DNA from: Podarcis erhardii
Lineage: Eukaryota
Assembly (NCBI GenBank): GCA_964252035.1
Contig: OZ176200.1
Reading direction: 5' to 3' (one strand)
Length of the DNA stretch: 64,000 nucleotides
Of the stretch, positions 11,145 through 25,956 are shown piece after piece. The position numbers and the translations under genes were made by a program. Every line of letters starts with the position of its first letter. The stretch's first letter is position 1. The notes under the pieces were generated by a model that did not search any database, had not been told where the DNA came from, and saw nothing but the letters and a program-made list of their open reading frames with translations.

Positions 11145-12581
11145 TAAGGCGTATTAAACCCATTCTTGGAGTTGAAAGTAATGGCTTCTGTTTGCCAGTT
11201 TTCTTTTGAATATAAGAGAGATCTATCTCACAGGAAAAACATGGGCTTCCTTCGGTATGATCAGGCACAGAGTCATCATGCACCAGCTACCAATTCCAGT
11301 TCAGAAATGGTGTCATTCATTCAGATCCATGAATTTAGGGTTACGTAGTAGTGTACTCCAATAATGCTGTAACAGATCCAGTGGGATAGGAGAGCTGAAA
11401 ATAATGTCAACATATTTCACATCTGGCGGAATCAGGTATACACTTCCAGACTTAATGCTAAATACATTTCTTCTGGTAAATGAGCCACCATAGACGCGAG
11501 AGAGTTGTGAAAATTGTGTCCCGGACTTTTTAGACTCGTCTACCCATGTACTATCTGAAACCAAAGGGGAACATTGATTGCCAAATGTGAATCCCCCCCC
11601 CCCAGCTCTCCTATCCCATTAATCAGCTCCTGCAGAATTTCATCACTGAGCAAGTAGATGAACATATACCTTAATTGCAGTGCTGGTAATTAACATTTGT
11701 GTAGCTCTTGTGTGTTCAAAGCATTTCATATATAAAATCTCATTAGTCTTACAACAAACCTGTAAGCTAAGTCAGTATTATTATCCTTCACATTGTAGAT
11801 GGGGACAGGTGAAGATGAGTTTACCTATGCTTACCTAGCAAGATCATGACAGTTCAAGATTCAAACCAGGCACCTCCCAAATTCATTGCATTAGCTATAA
11901 CACTACACAACTCTTATGCTCCTAGCCACACACTTTCCTCTATCTTTAACCCCAATACATACAATGTGATAATAAAATTTGTGGTGTGGCCTGTTCTTAC
12001 AAAATTTGATTTCTTTTGTTGCATACAATAAATGATATGTATACTCTAGTTTGGGCAAGGTTATGAAGAACTGAAGGAATCAGGTTACTGTACCTAGAAG
12101 GACACTTGATCACATTAATCAAGAAGCCATTAGAACTTTTTTTTTTTTAAAAAAATCAGCTTTAACAGCTGTAGTATCAGAAGCATTTATCTTTGTTCTC
12201 TCACATCTAGTAGCAACCGAGGTATACTATAACAGTGTGGCACAATTATTGCTAAATAGTAGTATTCAGACACTTGAGATTCAAGGGCAGCACAGATAAT
12301 ATTCTTACTTTTAGAAAATTCCTGTCTTAAGGCAATGTGTACAGAAATACACATGGAACATCAGATAAGGGGACCTGGAATCAAAACTTGGACTTGCCTT
12401 CTGTTAGTGTCACAACAGTGAGATAAGAATGTCAGCTATTAAATGAGAATACGAAACTAGAAATCTGTTTCTGGTTATGCAACGGGAGAACCTATCCAAG
12501 GAGATTATCATGCCAAACTTTTGCAAATAAAAGATGCCTTTTCTTCATAGTTGACACTCAGGAAACAGTACGATGACTTAT

Positions 12582-12646
12582 TTACTCAGAAATAAGCACT
12601 ATTTGTTTCCCGATGTTGCCCCCGCTCATCATAGACTGGAAAGCAG
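12582..12646 (-). CDS. PTGR2: PTGR2 last coding exon (exon 10)
   Basis: ttgtag acceptor. (A)[20 protein letters not shown] (human [25 protein letters not shown]). 65 nt. Confidence 0.95.
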
Positions 12647-13427
12647 CTACAATAAAACGAAAATAATTAGTAAAAGAGCATTGTTCCTTTTTTTTAAAAA
12701 AAAAGAATCATTTCTTACTGGACTTAAATGTACTTGGTTTCTTTAATACCAAAACAATCATAATGCAAAGATCAGTTTTGTGCCTGTAAAATGATTTTTC
12801 TTCTGACAATTTTTGTAAGGTTAAGCAGTAATGCATTGTTAAAAAGGAACAATGGCTACCTGAGACTTTTGCTGCCCAACTATTTAACACAGTTAATAGA
12901 TTTTATTCCTGTATAGATTTATAGTCAAATGCTTTTAAACTGAAGTAAATTCAGTTTAAATCAAACTCCTAAACTGTGTAAGGGATAAAGTTAGCATCCC
13001 ATAGCTTTAGTGTTCATAGGAAGCCATATTTATAATGCTTACACTCAGGGCTGTTTTTTTAAGGGGGCACTCACAGGAACTCAGTTCCGCCACATTCTAA
13101 GAGAGTGAGGGAGATGTTCATGGTGAGTTCTAGCACTTTAATTTCTAGAAAAACAGCACTGCTGACAGGGGCCCTCATGCAGCCAACTCCAATCCTCACT
13201 TGCCAGTTTACCCAATGACCAGGAATGATGAGATATGTAGTCCAATATCCTCTGTAGGGTTGGGGGTGGGGAAAGGTTGAAGAACATGCTTTACAACACA
13301 TGTTACCAGATCTTTTCAACTGGAGCTGGAAAGCCTGGGGCTGTCTACCTGCTCTCCCACTAGACTATAGTTCATCCCTGCCCTGTACTTAAGGACAGGT
13401 GACTGTGAAGAACAAATAATACCTTAC

Positions 13428-13467
13428 CTCCAATGTTTTCTAAGCCTTTTACTACAGTCTCTTTAGC
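13428..13467 (-). CDS. PTGR2: PTGR2 exon 9
   Basis: ttacag acceptor, gtaagg donor. AKETVVKGLENIG. 40 nt, ends in phase 1. Confidence 0.93.
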
Positions 13468-13993
13468 CTGTAAAAGTAGAAAATAAGAAAGTATAAGGTG
13501 TTTGTTTTCTACTCTGGTTTTGTTTCCTAAAAGCAAACAGTTTTCAACTCACTGGGGAATAATAATAAAAATATCAAAAGAAGTTAGTTTTACCTCATCT
13601 AATTCACTAGAGTCAAAGATGAGGAACCTTTTTTGCTCTGGGGGGTCAGATCTTCAGCCAGCCCCAACCCAGCCAGCCAATCCGCTTGCCAGTTACATGA
13701 TTGACAGGGGGTTGCCCCACCAACCTTTCAAAACCCCATTTGCAGGGTTACCAAGCTTTGAACCCCAATGCTTTGCACGCCACTCCATATTGTTCCTTTT
13801 GAGCTCTCATTTTGGAAGCTGAAAGCAGTCTAGAATATTAATTTTTTGTTTTTCTAAAAAAGCTTCTATGCTCATTGGATGAAATAGGATATTTGAGGCA
13901 CTATACAATGACCAGGACAAATGAGAAAAGCTGGTTTTCATGATTAAAAGCCAGAGCTGCAACCCATATGCAATTACCTTCAGATTTGTGTCA

Positions 13994-14128
<135 letters not shown>

Positions 14129-14722
14129 TTAGCGGAAAACATTCCAGAAGGCTCGTTTTAGATTTAATTCTGCGTGCAAGAGGGGATTACTACAGCAGTT
14201 ACCAATTTAAAGCAGTAATTAGATTTTCTAGCCCAACATATCCATCTTTTGCAGAAACAACAGTATAGATGAACCCTAAATTGCCATGGCACAACAAATC
14301 CATTTTAAAACAGCAATTGTTTGCAATTAGGAAAGTGACAGGGAAACCCTAGGCAAGCCTGTTCCAAAGAAAGTATCACTGAGTTCAGTGGGGATTATTC
14401 CCAAGTAAGTGTGCATCCTCAGCGTACCAAACATCTCACAATATTAAGTGATATTCCCTACTTCACATACATTTATCCAGCGAACAGTTTATTAGCTGCA
14501 CATTTCTCCACGTGCTTCAAGCACTAGGCGCATTTCCCTCAAGAGTGAATGGAAGCTTTTCTTCCCAGCTTGTTTTTTGTCAAGTGGCTTCCTCACTGAT
14601 GGTAAGCAACATGGATATTGGTTTCAGTAAATATCTGATTGAGCTCTATTTTCAAATAAACATTTAGGGGACAACTTTCCATAAAGGCGCTGCAATGTAA
14701 AGATCTAGTAAGTCTGCCCTTA

Positions 14723-15094
<372 letters not shown>

Positions 15095-15685
15095 CTAAGC
15101 TGTAAGCAGACATAAAGTACATTCTGTTTCCATTGCTCTGTTCCTCGAGGAGGGATCTAGGGCTGCATTGTTGAGTGCTTGATTTCCTTCAAGGAATAAG
15201 ATCTGCCCCAGATTCTGCAAGCAGCAGTTGGTGGAAACAGAAAAGGGTGACGTCTCAGCTACTGTGATAAAAGGACAAGGAAGTGGAAGTATCATGGAGC
15301 TCTAAAGGTGCCTCTTACAGACTGTCACTATTTCGTGGGAGGAATTCAAACACATATCAGAAGTCCAAATTTGCACAATTAAAGTTGATTAAAATTGGGT
15401 AATCCATACTGTGTTTAATGTGGATAGTAAGATTCCTGGACCTCCATTAATTCTCCCTTTTCCATACGATGTTTTCCTCCAAATCATCACCTTCCTACAC
15501 TTTCTCCTTCCTCAATCTGGATTTTCTTATACCAGATATATATATGCTGAAAAGGAGAGGGTATGAGAAGATCCACATTGAAGGAGCAGAATGTATGGGA
15601 AGGTCGTGATTTAGAAGAGAACATCATATGGGCGGAGAATTAATGGAGGTACAGGGGCCTACTATTTACATTAAACAACAGTATA

Positions 15686-15927
15686 CAGTGGTACCTCGGG
15701 TTACATACGCTTCAGGTTACAGATGCTTTAGGTTACAGACTCCGCTAACCCAGAAATAGTACCTTGGGTTAAGAACTTTGCTTCAGGATGAGAACAGAAA
15801 TCGTGCTCCAACGGCACGGCAGCAGCGGGAGGTCCCATTAGCTAAAGTGGTGCTTCAGGTTAAGAACAGTTTCAGGTTAAGAATGGACCTCCGGAACGAA
15901 TTAAGTTTTTAACCCGAGGCACCACTG
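15686..15927. mobile_element. Tc1/mariner-type MITE (CAGTGGTACC family)
   Basis: TIR CAGTGGTACCTCGGGTTA / TAACCCGAGGCACCACTG, with TA TSD. Confidence 0.92.
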
Positions 15928-18331
15928 TAGGTGAACCCTAAATTGCAGTGGCACAACAAATCCACTTTAAAACAGCAATTGTTTGCAATTAGGAAAGTGA
16001 CAGGGAAATGCACTGAAAAGTAAAAGATGAACAAATAATTAATGGGAAGACATGACTGTAAACATTATGCATGCAACGAGGATGAATGCTCATTGTCATA
16101 TAACTGTCCCATTAACAAATAAGAAATAATGCTCAATAAAGACATGCCCTTCAGACTGGCGGGCCTTTTTGTGGGTGTATGTTGACACAATACCAGTGCA
16201 TTGATGGTAGTTTATACTGGTCCGTCCACACACCATTCTACTTAAATAGTTGTTCTGCAATGCTTCCCAAGTGTTACTGAATTGTTGCTATCTGGAGGGG
16301 CAACTTTGCACAACAAAGGTGGGGCAGCCTGCACCCCCCCACCAGCAAACCAGAACTGTCTGGTGGAGAAATGTGTTTGCCACTACCAATATTCTCATAG
16401 GGGAACCCCAACTGGCTTCTGAGAGACCCCAGTATGCAGTCTGAAAAAACTTGCTAAATGGCAACTGTTAAAATGTTTAAATGTTAATTGGTTTACCCAT
16501 GCCAATTAAGAGAACAGCCCAAAGATACAGTGTATGTTTACTATGCACTATGAATCAGAGCTGAAGAACATTCAGTGCATCTGGCCTACATGCTGCTACA
16601 ACAACCAGAAATATAGTCTTTTCATGTACTCTTTTATATGAAAAACAAGAGTAAATATATGTCAACATACCCTCCATCTCAGTCAATGGTGCATTACAGG
16701 GGAACAAATTTAACTTGTCACCATGCCAAGCAACATGAACAATAGCAGTGAAATGGAGAAAGCTTTCTCCCATCCAGCTGAAATGTGCCACAAGAACACT
16801 TTACACCAGGAGCAGGGAACTGGATCAGGATGGCAGGCCAGATTATCATCTCTCTCACCTCCCACAGACCACATTTGGCAGGTGAGAAGGTTGTCTCAAA
16901 TGCTAACAACCTGTCTAGAAGTCCACAGCAAGGGTGGCCAAGTCAGGCTCGAAGGTAAAGAGTTCTTACAACACTCTTTTTGCTCCATGTTTTACCTTGG
17001 ATGGCAGTGGCACCTGGGGTCTAGAGCCCGGTTGAGCATTTAAAAAGGTACATATGAAAGGAATTGCTTTTGTAAAGCTTTTGTAAAGCTTCAAGTTTGC
17101 AATCCTATATGCACCTACATGGGAGTCAATCACATTGAACTTAATGGGGATCACTTCTGAGGAGACATACAAAGGATTGCACTGTGGATGTCAGTACTGG
17201 CATTCTGAATTGACTCCGGAGCAGGGAGCTAGTTTAACTCCTAAAGATGGAATGTGCTCTAGATCTATGGCTGCTTCATTCAGGTGTGCACAGCTGAACA
17301 GAAGGGCAGCACACAGCCTCCAATTATTTAAACAAAAAATAAATTTAAAACGGAAGATTCAGAAAGGCTCTTGGCCACTTTTACAGTGCAATCCTTTTAC
17401 TTACACCTAAGTCACATTGCCCTGAATGGAACTCACAAGTAAGCATGCATAGGATTGCAGCGTCCATTAAAAAAAAAAAGTCTAGTGGAAACTGCACAGT
17501 GGGGTGAGGCGAACTGTGTAATCTCCAAAGTACAAGCCAGCGCAATAACTGGAAAGATCTCCTTCCCTGCCCCAGAACCACTAAACTCCCAGCGCAACTG
17601 TTCTTTTTAAAACTCTTTATAAGTTGTGGCCCTGTAGCTGTCTTTGGACATTTGCCTGAACAGGCAAGGCTTAAAAGTTTGTAGAGGGAAAGGGAGGCAC
17701 ACAGAAGTTCCACCTTCAATGTCTGCACAGGTGGGAGCTCCTCTCAGGCCTTTGCATGCTGAGTGTGAAGGTCTAAAGGGACTTCTAGTTGCACTCAACC
17801 AAAGATCCTTAGAAGCTGTTGTGTGATTGGGAATCCAGATTGAGCAGGGCTCCCAGTCACTTGGAAGACTTCTAGGCACATTCAGCCAGGCCTGTGCGGG
17901 GGCTTGTCTGAGGCCCAGGGGAGGAATCTTGTTGGAATAAAGTTATAAACACAAACAAAAAAGCAGCCATCCCCAGTGGGGCCCCCCAACCAACTTAACC
18001 CTCCAACGCCTGGGGCAAGTGTACTCAGCTGCTCGCTCCCACCTGCATTCAGCTAAACAGATGCAAAAACCTCCTTTAAGCCATTTAAGTCAGCATGCAA
18101 AAGTCTGAGATGAGCACATGGGGGGGGGGGAGATCATGGGCAGAGGCTTGTATATGCACTACCTGCCCCTGTCTATGTACTTTTAACCTCTTTAAATGCC
18201 TAATGCATAAGAAGCCTTGCAAAGGTCCTAGCAGCATACCTGGGCAAGGTTATCGTGATAATCTTGTCTTTCATCGGTCAGACAGATTTACAGTAAAATT
18301 CTACCAGTTTGCATGAAGTCCGGCGTAATTA

Positions 18332-18610
<279 letters not shown>

Positions 18611-19652
18611 TCATCAACTTCTAGCACTATGCAACAATTTGTCATGCATCATGATGATTATTTCAAAAAGAAATCTGTAACAAAATAACCAGGGTACAGT
18701 GGAATCACAAGAGTGAGGGTCTGAAGTCAGTGCATAAGAGATTATCCACAAAATTGGTTCCAATTCACTCCACTTAGGATTGCAGATAATTTGTTTTGGT
18801 GCTTTGGGATGAATGAGTGGATCGATGATCGATGAATGATGTCACTTTCTGCTACTCCTTTTACCATGTCCACTACTTCCTCAATGGTTTCATATCTCTT
18901 CTGGCACTGCTTGCAACTATTTCCTATGCACGGAGGATTTCCTCCACCTGTTGATCCCTCAGGTATCCACAAAATCAGAAAAACTGCAGAAGCAAATGGA
19001 CAATTGCGTGGCTTTGTGTTTTTATGTGCTTCTTGGGTGAGGAAAGTTTTTTTAAAACAACAACAACATGTGCATGTGTCTGTGGGCAAGCCCTCTTGGA
19101 ACTTAATCAGCATAATAGAATCAACAAATCAGAAGAGGGGAGAAGCACAACAGAAAGGGCCATGTGGTATGAATAGAAAAGACCAAAGTTGTGTAGACTA
19201 CTTCAATCTAATTCAAATGTGGAACGGGGGAGTGGATTAACAGCTAACTAATTATGAAATGTGGACAGGCCTGTATCTCGTGCAGCAGACTCACAGCCAC
19301 AGTGATTTGCTTGAAAAAAAGCTGCTACAATCACAAAAATCACACCACCAAATGTGTCCACTTGGAGGTGCTGGTTCACACAGCCAGCAGGTCTATGAAA
19401 TGCCAACTATATCATGAGTCTGTGGCCTTACACACATCCCTGGCCATCTCTCCTGGGCCAATGCTTCTCAGCCTTGGCCCCCTCTATGCAAAACTGATTT
19501 AATCAAAGGCTCTCAATTTCACCTGCTATCCCCACCAAGGTGAAAGCCCCGCCAGCTTCTGGTGAGTGATTATAAGTGGTTTTCAGAGGGGTGTTGAGGA
19601 GATGGAGGAGATTTGGATATGTTGGTTGGTCCAAATCTTATGCTTGGTTGTG

Positions 19653-19653
19653 G

Positions 19654-19697
<44 letters not shown>
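19653..19697. repeat. (GTT)15 microsatellite, PTGR2 intron 5
   Basis: Direct reading. Confidence 0.95.
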
Positions 19698-19855
19698 GCT
19701 GTGACGTTGGAGTCACTACAGCACTATTCCATCCTTCACCACTGGGGTAACGTGAGAAGTCTGGAACCACAAGGAGGAGCCCTACTGTAGCTCTTCCACA
19801 CATCAGTACCAACTCCATTTCCCGAAGGTGGACATTGGCATGGGAAGGAGCCTCA

Positions 19856-20576
<721 letters not shown>

Positions 20577-22362
20577 CTAAAACCCTGTCTTATCTTTGGA
20601 GCTTTTTGCTTCTATCTTTATCCATTCCTCCTCACAACAGGGTCTTTTAATTTTTCCTGTATTAACAGCATGGCAATGCACAGTAACACTGAAGGAAATC
20701 CTATTCAGTTCCGCTTGACTAAAGGGCTATGCTATTATTATTATTTTCATCAGCATTCAAAACTCCCATTATTCTAGGCGCGTTTTGCGACAGGGAATTT
20801 CATTAGCACGAGCAGCTTCTGAGCTCTGGGTGCAATACTGTGCCTAAAATTTCAGATTAAAACTGCAGAGTGGAAGGAAAGGAGGACCTTTTTCTGCCTC
20901 CCCACTTCCAGCCACTCTCTGAAGACTGGAGAAGAGACCCTCTTAAGAATATTAGGGTGAGTGGGCAGGGGAAGCATGCCTTTGTTTTTTGCAGTCTTCA
21001 GATGAGGATCAGACCATGTGAAAAATGAACATAAGATTTTAGCTGCAGTTCATTCACTTTCAGCTTTGTATTCTGGTTATAAAAAAGCGAGCCTAGACAT
21101 CCCCTTGTTGCGTCCATAACCTAGGTTTAAAGTGTCATTTAGCTCCTAGCTTTCATAGCTCAATTTTTAATACTGATTATCATCTATTTATTTATTTGCT
21201 GCCTTCTTCCCTGACAGGGACTTCCGGAAAAAGTAAGAACAGCTAAAACCAAGAGGAAAAAAACCAATTGTTTTATTCACTGAGTAGGAAAATAATTGGC
21301 ACTATTGTACCCTGAGTATCTATCTACAACATCTGTCTATCTAGCAACCTTGTGCTCAGACTCTCACTTGTAACAGAATAAGGGAAGGTCCATAGTTCTA
21401 TGGTACAGCATCTGTCAACTTGGCATGGAGAAAGTCTCAAGAATCCCCAGGTAGGACTGGGAACATCCCCAGTCTGAAACCTTGGCGAGCTCCTGCCAGC
21501 CAGTGCACACAGTGCGGAGCCAGACAGAACAATGGCCTGGTTCCGTATAAGGCAGATTCCTATCCTCCTAGACTGGAATGTCGGTAGTTCTAGAGCAGAC
21601 AGTCCTTACCATTTATTAATGCCCTTCCTTTACCAGCTTTTGTCGGTAAACAAATTAGAACCTGTGAGCTTGTGAAATATTCCCTGTTCCCTTACTCAGA
21701 ATATTATGGAATAAGGTTACTAAGGGCCAAACTAGACACGATATTGGTCACATCTTTAGTTCTTGTATAGACCTTTCTAAAATGAAAATAAATAGACAGC
21801 ACAGAGTGAGGACAATTGAGGGGCAGGAACTTTGCAACCACCACATCCTGATTGAAGGCGAGGAACAAAGAGCCTACACTGGCATTAATAGGAGCTCCCC
21901 CCCCCCCACTGAAAACAGCAGGCTCAGAAGCCCCTATGCCACAATACTTCCCCTGCTTTTTGTTGCAATAAGCCAGGGGTATAGAACCTGTGGTTCTTAA
22001 GATGTTGCTTGGACTTCCAGCTCCCATCAGCCCCAGCCAACCTGGACAACAGCCCTGGGTTGACAGGAGCTGGAGTCCAACAACATCTGAAGGGGAGCAT
22101 GTTCCCCAGCCCCGCAATAGCCTAAACACAGCTACTTCTCTGAACCCATGCCTCCCCACTCACCCTTGTTCTGGGCCCTGTTCTGAGGTAAACCAGTAAT
22201 TCTATATTTGTGATGTAGAGCAGTGAAGGAATCTTAAAAGAACTGGAAGCACTCAAGCAGGCTTCAAAGAAAAGCTATCTAGCTATGAACAACGCTTGGG
22301 AGATCACATGGTTGGCTCATACATGTAACACTATGGGATGTCCACATTCTCATGACAGAAGC

Positions 22363-22501
22363 NNNNNNNNNNNNNNNNNNNNNNNNNNNNNNNNNNNNNN
22401 NNNNNNNNNNNNNNNNNNNNNNNNNNNNNNNNNNNNNNNNNNNNNNNNNNNNNNNNNNNNNNNNNNNNNNNNNNNNNNNNNNNNNNNNNNNNNNNNNNNN
22501 N
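22363..22501. other. Assembly gap (139 N)
   Basis: Run of N. Confidence 1.
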
Positions 22502-22919
22502 GATATATGGTGTCCGGACGTATGGTAACCCATGTCAGAAGTGTAGATTTTGGTGAATTTCCTTAAGAATAGCTCAAAAAAAATTTTTTTTTAGATTTTA
22601 CAAAAAAAAAAATAAAATAAATCTCAACAACTTTGCCAAGCTTTTGTGTCCAGATTTTCACTTTTAGAGATATGGGAACCCTAAGTTATGTTACTTTCAG
22701 TCCTGACTACTGTGATCACCTAACTGTCTTAAACATTCAGGCAATTTATACGGGCCACAACAAGGAAAAAAGACAAGTATGTGTATACATATCTTGCACA
22801 TGCATGCTCAGGACCTCAGTTCATAGCTATCTACGCTGGCCAAAAGACCCCCAAATCGAAACTGTACATAAGCCAATACTGGACCGAGATATGAATAATT
22901 TTGATCACATTAAATGCTA

Positions 22920-23126
<207 letters not shown>

Positions 23127-23751
23127 TTAGGTTACAAGCTGAATGGCAAAATTTGTCTCTTGGCCAGATGCTCACCCTCCTCAAGCGTTCCAGCAACTGG
23201 GTAAGTGCCAGGGGAAAGCAGGGTTATATTTCTAACTTCAGACAGCAAGCAGGCACCTTTCCATGCATGGGGCAGGATGGGAATGAGGGAAAAGCCCAGC
23301 AAGCTTGTTCCCCGTCCCTCACATATTGGTTTAGGCAGTTGTCAGAACAGCTGAGGAGGGCTGCTGGAGCAGCTAAATCAGGGTTTTAAATCTACACCTG
23401 AGCTCAGATGACTCAAAACAAACCAATAACTGAACTCCAGTAAACTTTATTGCCTCATCCTGTGAACTCCTCCCCCAGGCATCTCCCTATCAGTTCCTCC
23501 CTGCCTCCTTATGTTTCAACTCTGTGACTTCCCTTCCTCCTAGTATATTTCTCCATCTTGCCGCTATTCCTGCCTGCCCTGCTTGCTTCCTCCAGGCAGT
23601 CCTCTATTATTTCTAAAACTTGTGAAATGAGTGTGATACATATGCCAGGAACAGATTTGAGGGGGCCCTGAGCCCTCTGAGGTCCTCTCCAAGTACCCCT
23701 CTCCTGGCAGTACCAGAGAGCTGACTGGGTGAGCAGTGAGAAGGATTAGTG

Positions 23752-24097
23752 CAGGGGTCAGCAAACTTACCGCGCCTTGGGCTGGTGTCTCCAGCACCAA
23801 TCGGGCCAGAGGGCAGGGGAGCGAGTGCCCATACACGTGCGCCCACGCTATTTCCGGCGCACTTCCAGGTCAGAGGAGCACCAGAAATAGCTTGTGTGCA
23901 TGTGCACGGGCCTCCTCCGACCCGGATGTGCACCAGAAATAATGCCTGTGCATGTGCAAATAACACTTGCGCATGCGCACAAGCTATTTCCAGTGCTCCT
24001 CTGACCTGGAAGTGCGGGCGGCGGCGGTTGCTGTGGGCTGGATAAATGAGTCCCTCAGGCCTTATCCGACCCGCGGGCCTTAGTTTGGGGACCCCTG
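23752..24097. mobile_element. hAT-type non-autonomous element with internal inverted repeat
   Basis: TIR CAGGGGTC..AAACT / AGTTT..GACCCCTG. Degenerate 8-bp flanks GATTAGTG / GATTTGAG. Confidence 0.8.
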
Positions 24098-25919
24098 GAT
24101 TTGAGGAGCAGGAGGTGCCCCAAAAGTGCACCACAGCTACCAAGTACTCCTCTTAGCATTAGCCACAATCCACTGTGCAGAAGCACTGCACCAGCCCAGA
24201 TAGCTGCAGTCACTGCTATCTTTATTCCCCCACAAAATTTCTCTGGGCCTCGAGGCACTGGGAAAAGAAACATGGTAACTGTAGCCACCTGTGTTTTCCT
24301 CTCAGCATTGAGGCCTACTTAAAAAAATAAATAAATGACAATGAAGATCCGTCTGAGCCAGCATCAACTGTAGTCGGCCCTCCTGGGCCCCCAGCACCCC
24401 CGCCTGCCATTGCTGTCTGCTGACTCCAGGCCTGACAAAGCATATTTAGCTCAATGATATTCTGACTATGCTTACATGAGTTTCAGCAGGTACCGTCTGT
24501 TTCAGCTTTCAAATCGCCCACTGCAAACTTTTCTATTCCGTCAGACTTGTGCAGGCAATTAAGAATGCCTATTTCCTCAATAGTTAGTCGATTCCTGATT
24601 TTCGTGCATGGTTTTTAATCATATATGGTTTTATGTGTAATTGTTGTAAAGGCCTCTGATTTTTTCTTTTCTTTAAATGAACAGTGTTATAGAATTTTTT
24701 AAAATAAATAAATAAATAAATACCATAAATGAAAACAAGCTCTGGAAAAAACTCTGGGACTTATCTGAATTAGATACAGGATTTCGGGAGCTTGGGGACT
24801 ACTTAAACGTATCTTTCCAACATGCCAGCGACATAAATGGAAAAAGTTGGGGAAAGATAATAAAAACTTAAGAGCAAGGATGTCCAGCTGCTTAATAAAA
24901 CTGAGAGGAAATAGAAATGAACAACTGGCTAGAAGTATATATGCAGCCATCTTAGATGCCATTCATCAATTACTTCTTCGTAGGGATAGGCCAATTTACC
25001 AATTTCAGATTCTTTATCATTTTTCAAATCTTAACTTTTAATTTTTCATTTTTATTTCATTTTATTTATTTATTAGATTTATAAACACGTTTTATCTTCC
25101 AAGGATCTCAAGGTGGTGTACAATCATTCTCTTCCTCCCCATTTTCCAATATTCAGTTCTCCACATTTTGAAATCAGCTTATGATTTTTGTTTTGAAAGT
25201 TCTCATGAAAATTCATTAGCATTTTAGCGATAATTTATACTAATTTACACATTTTTATATGCAGGTTTAGCCTATTATACATATTTTTACGAATCAAGTT
25301 TTCCTACCATGCATTTTGCATGTTATTTTGATGGATATGTGTATTTTTATGCATGCTTTACCCTAGTATGTGCACTTTTGTACGTGTTTTTGTGCATGTG
25401 AATTGTAAAATTTGGAGACCTGCAGATTTCAGAGGATGACTGTGGTTTCAGTTTACATATCCTTTCAGAAAGCATTAATTAAGCAGGTTTGCCTTTAAAG
25501 GTGGACTGAACTGGATTTCTTTCCCACCCCTAGTTACTGGTACTAAATTGTTCCCTATTGCTATTGGTATGAATCACTAATGCATGTGCAGCTCTTGCTA
25601 CTTACAACATATGGGCTTAAGTTCACACCACGCTTTGTAAAATGATACTATTCTTAGTAAGCCTATTGCTTACACTGTTGCATTCTTACAACAACAGCAA
25701 AGGTAATTTTCAAAAGCACTTCTGGTATAAAAAGAATGCCTGCTGTGAATGCCTCTCTGAAGATTTTACATAAGCCGTTAAAAGGTTTCACCACAGGCTT
25801 TTTAGACTGTCAAAAGCTTTCTGCAGAAATCTGGCTGGTAGTTGCATTTTTCCTGCCTGGCTTCCACATTATGCAAGCACACCAAACTCATTATCGTTCT
25901 CCGACAAGTAGAAACATAC

Positions 25920-25956
25920 CAGGGCGTGAGCTCAACACAACTCTTTGTATAATCAT
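25920..25956 (-). CDS. PTGR2: PTGR2 first coding exon (ATG at 25956; exon starts at 25975)
   Basis: tgcag acceptor at 25977-25976, gtatgt donor. MIIQRVVLSSRP(G) (human MIVQRVVLNSRPG). Total CDS 1044 nt = 347 aa, an MDR-family prostaglandin reductase 2. Confidence 0.95.

Noticed and set aside
12538-12570. 3' UTR peptide FLSVNYEEK resembling exon 8 FLVLNYVEK
   Set aside because: Only about 18 of 30 nt are identical and there is no splice acceptor or flanking similarity, so chance is the likely explanation.
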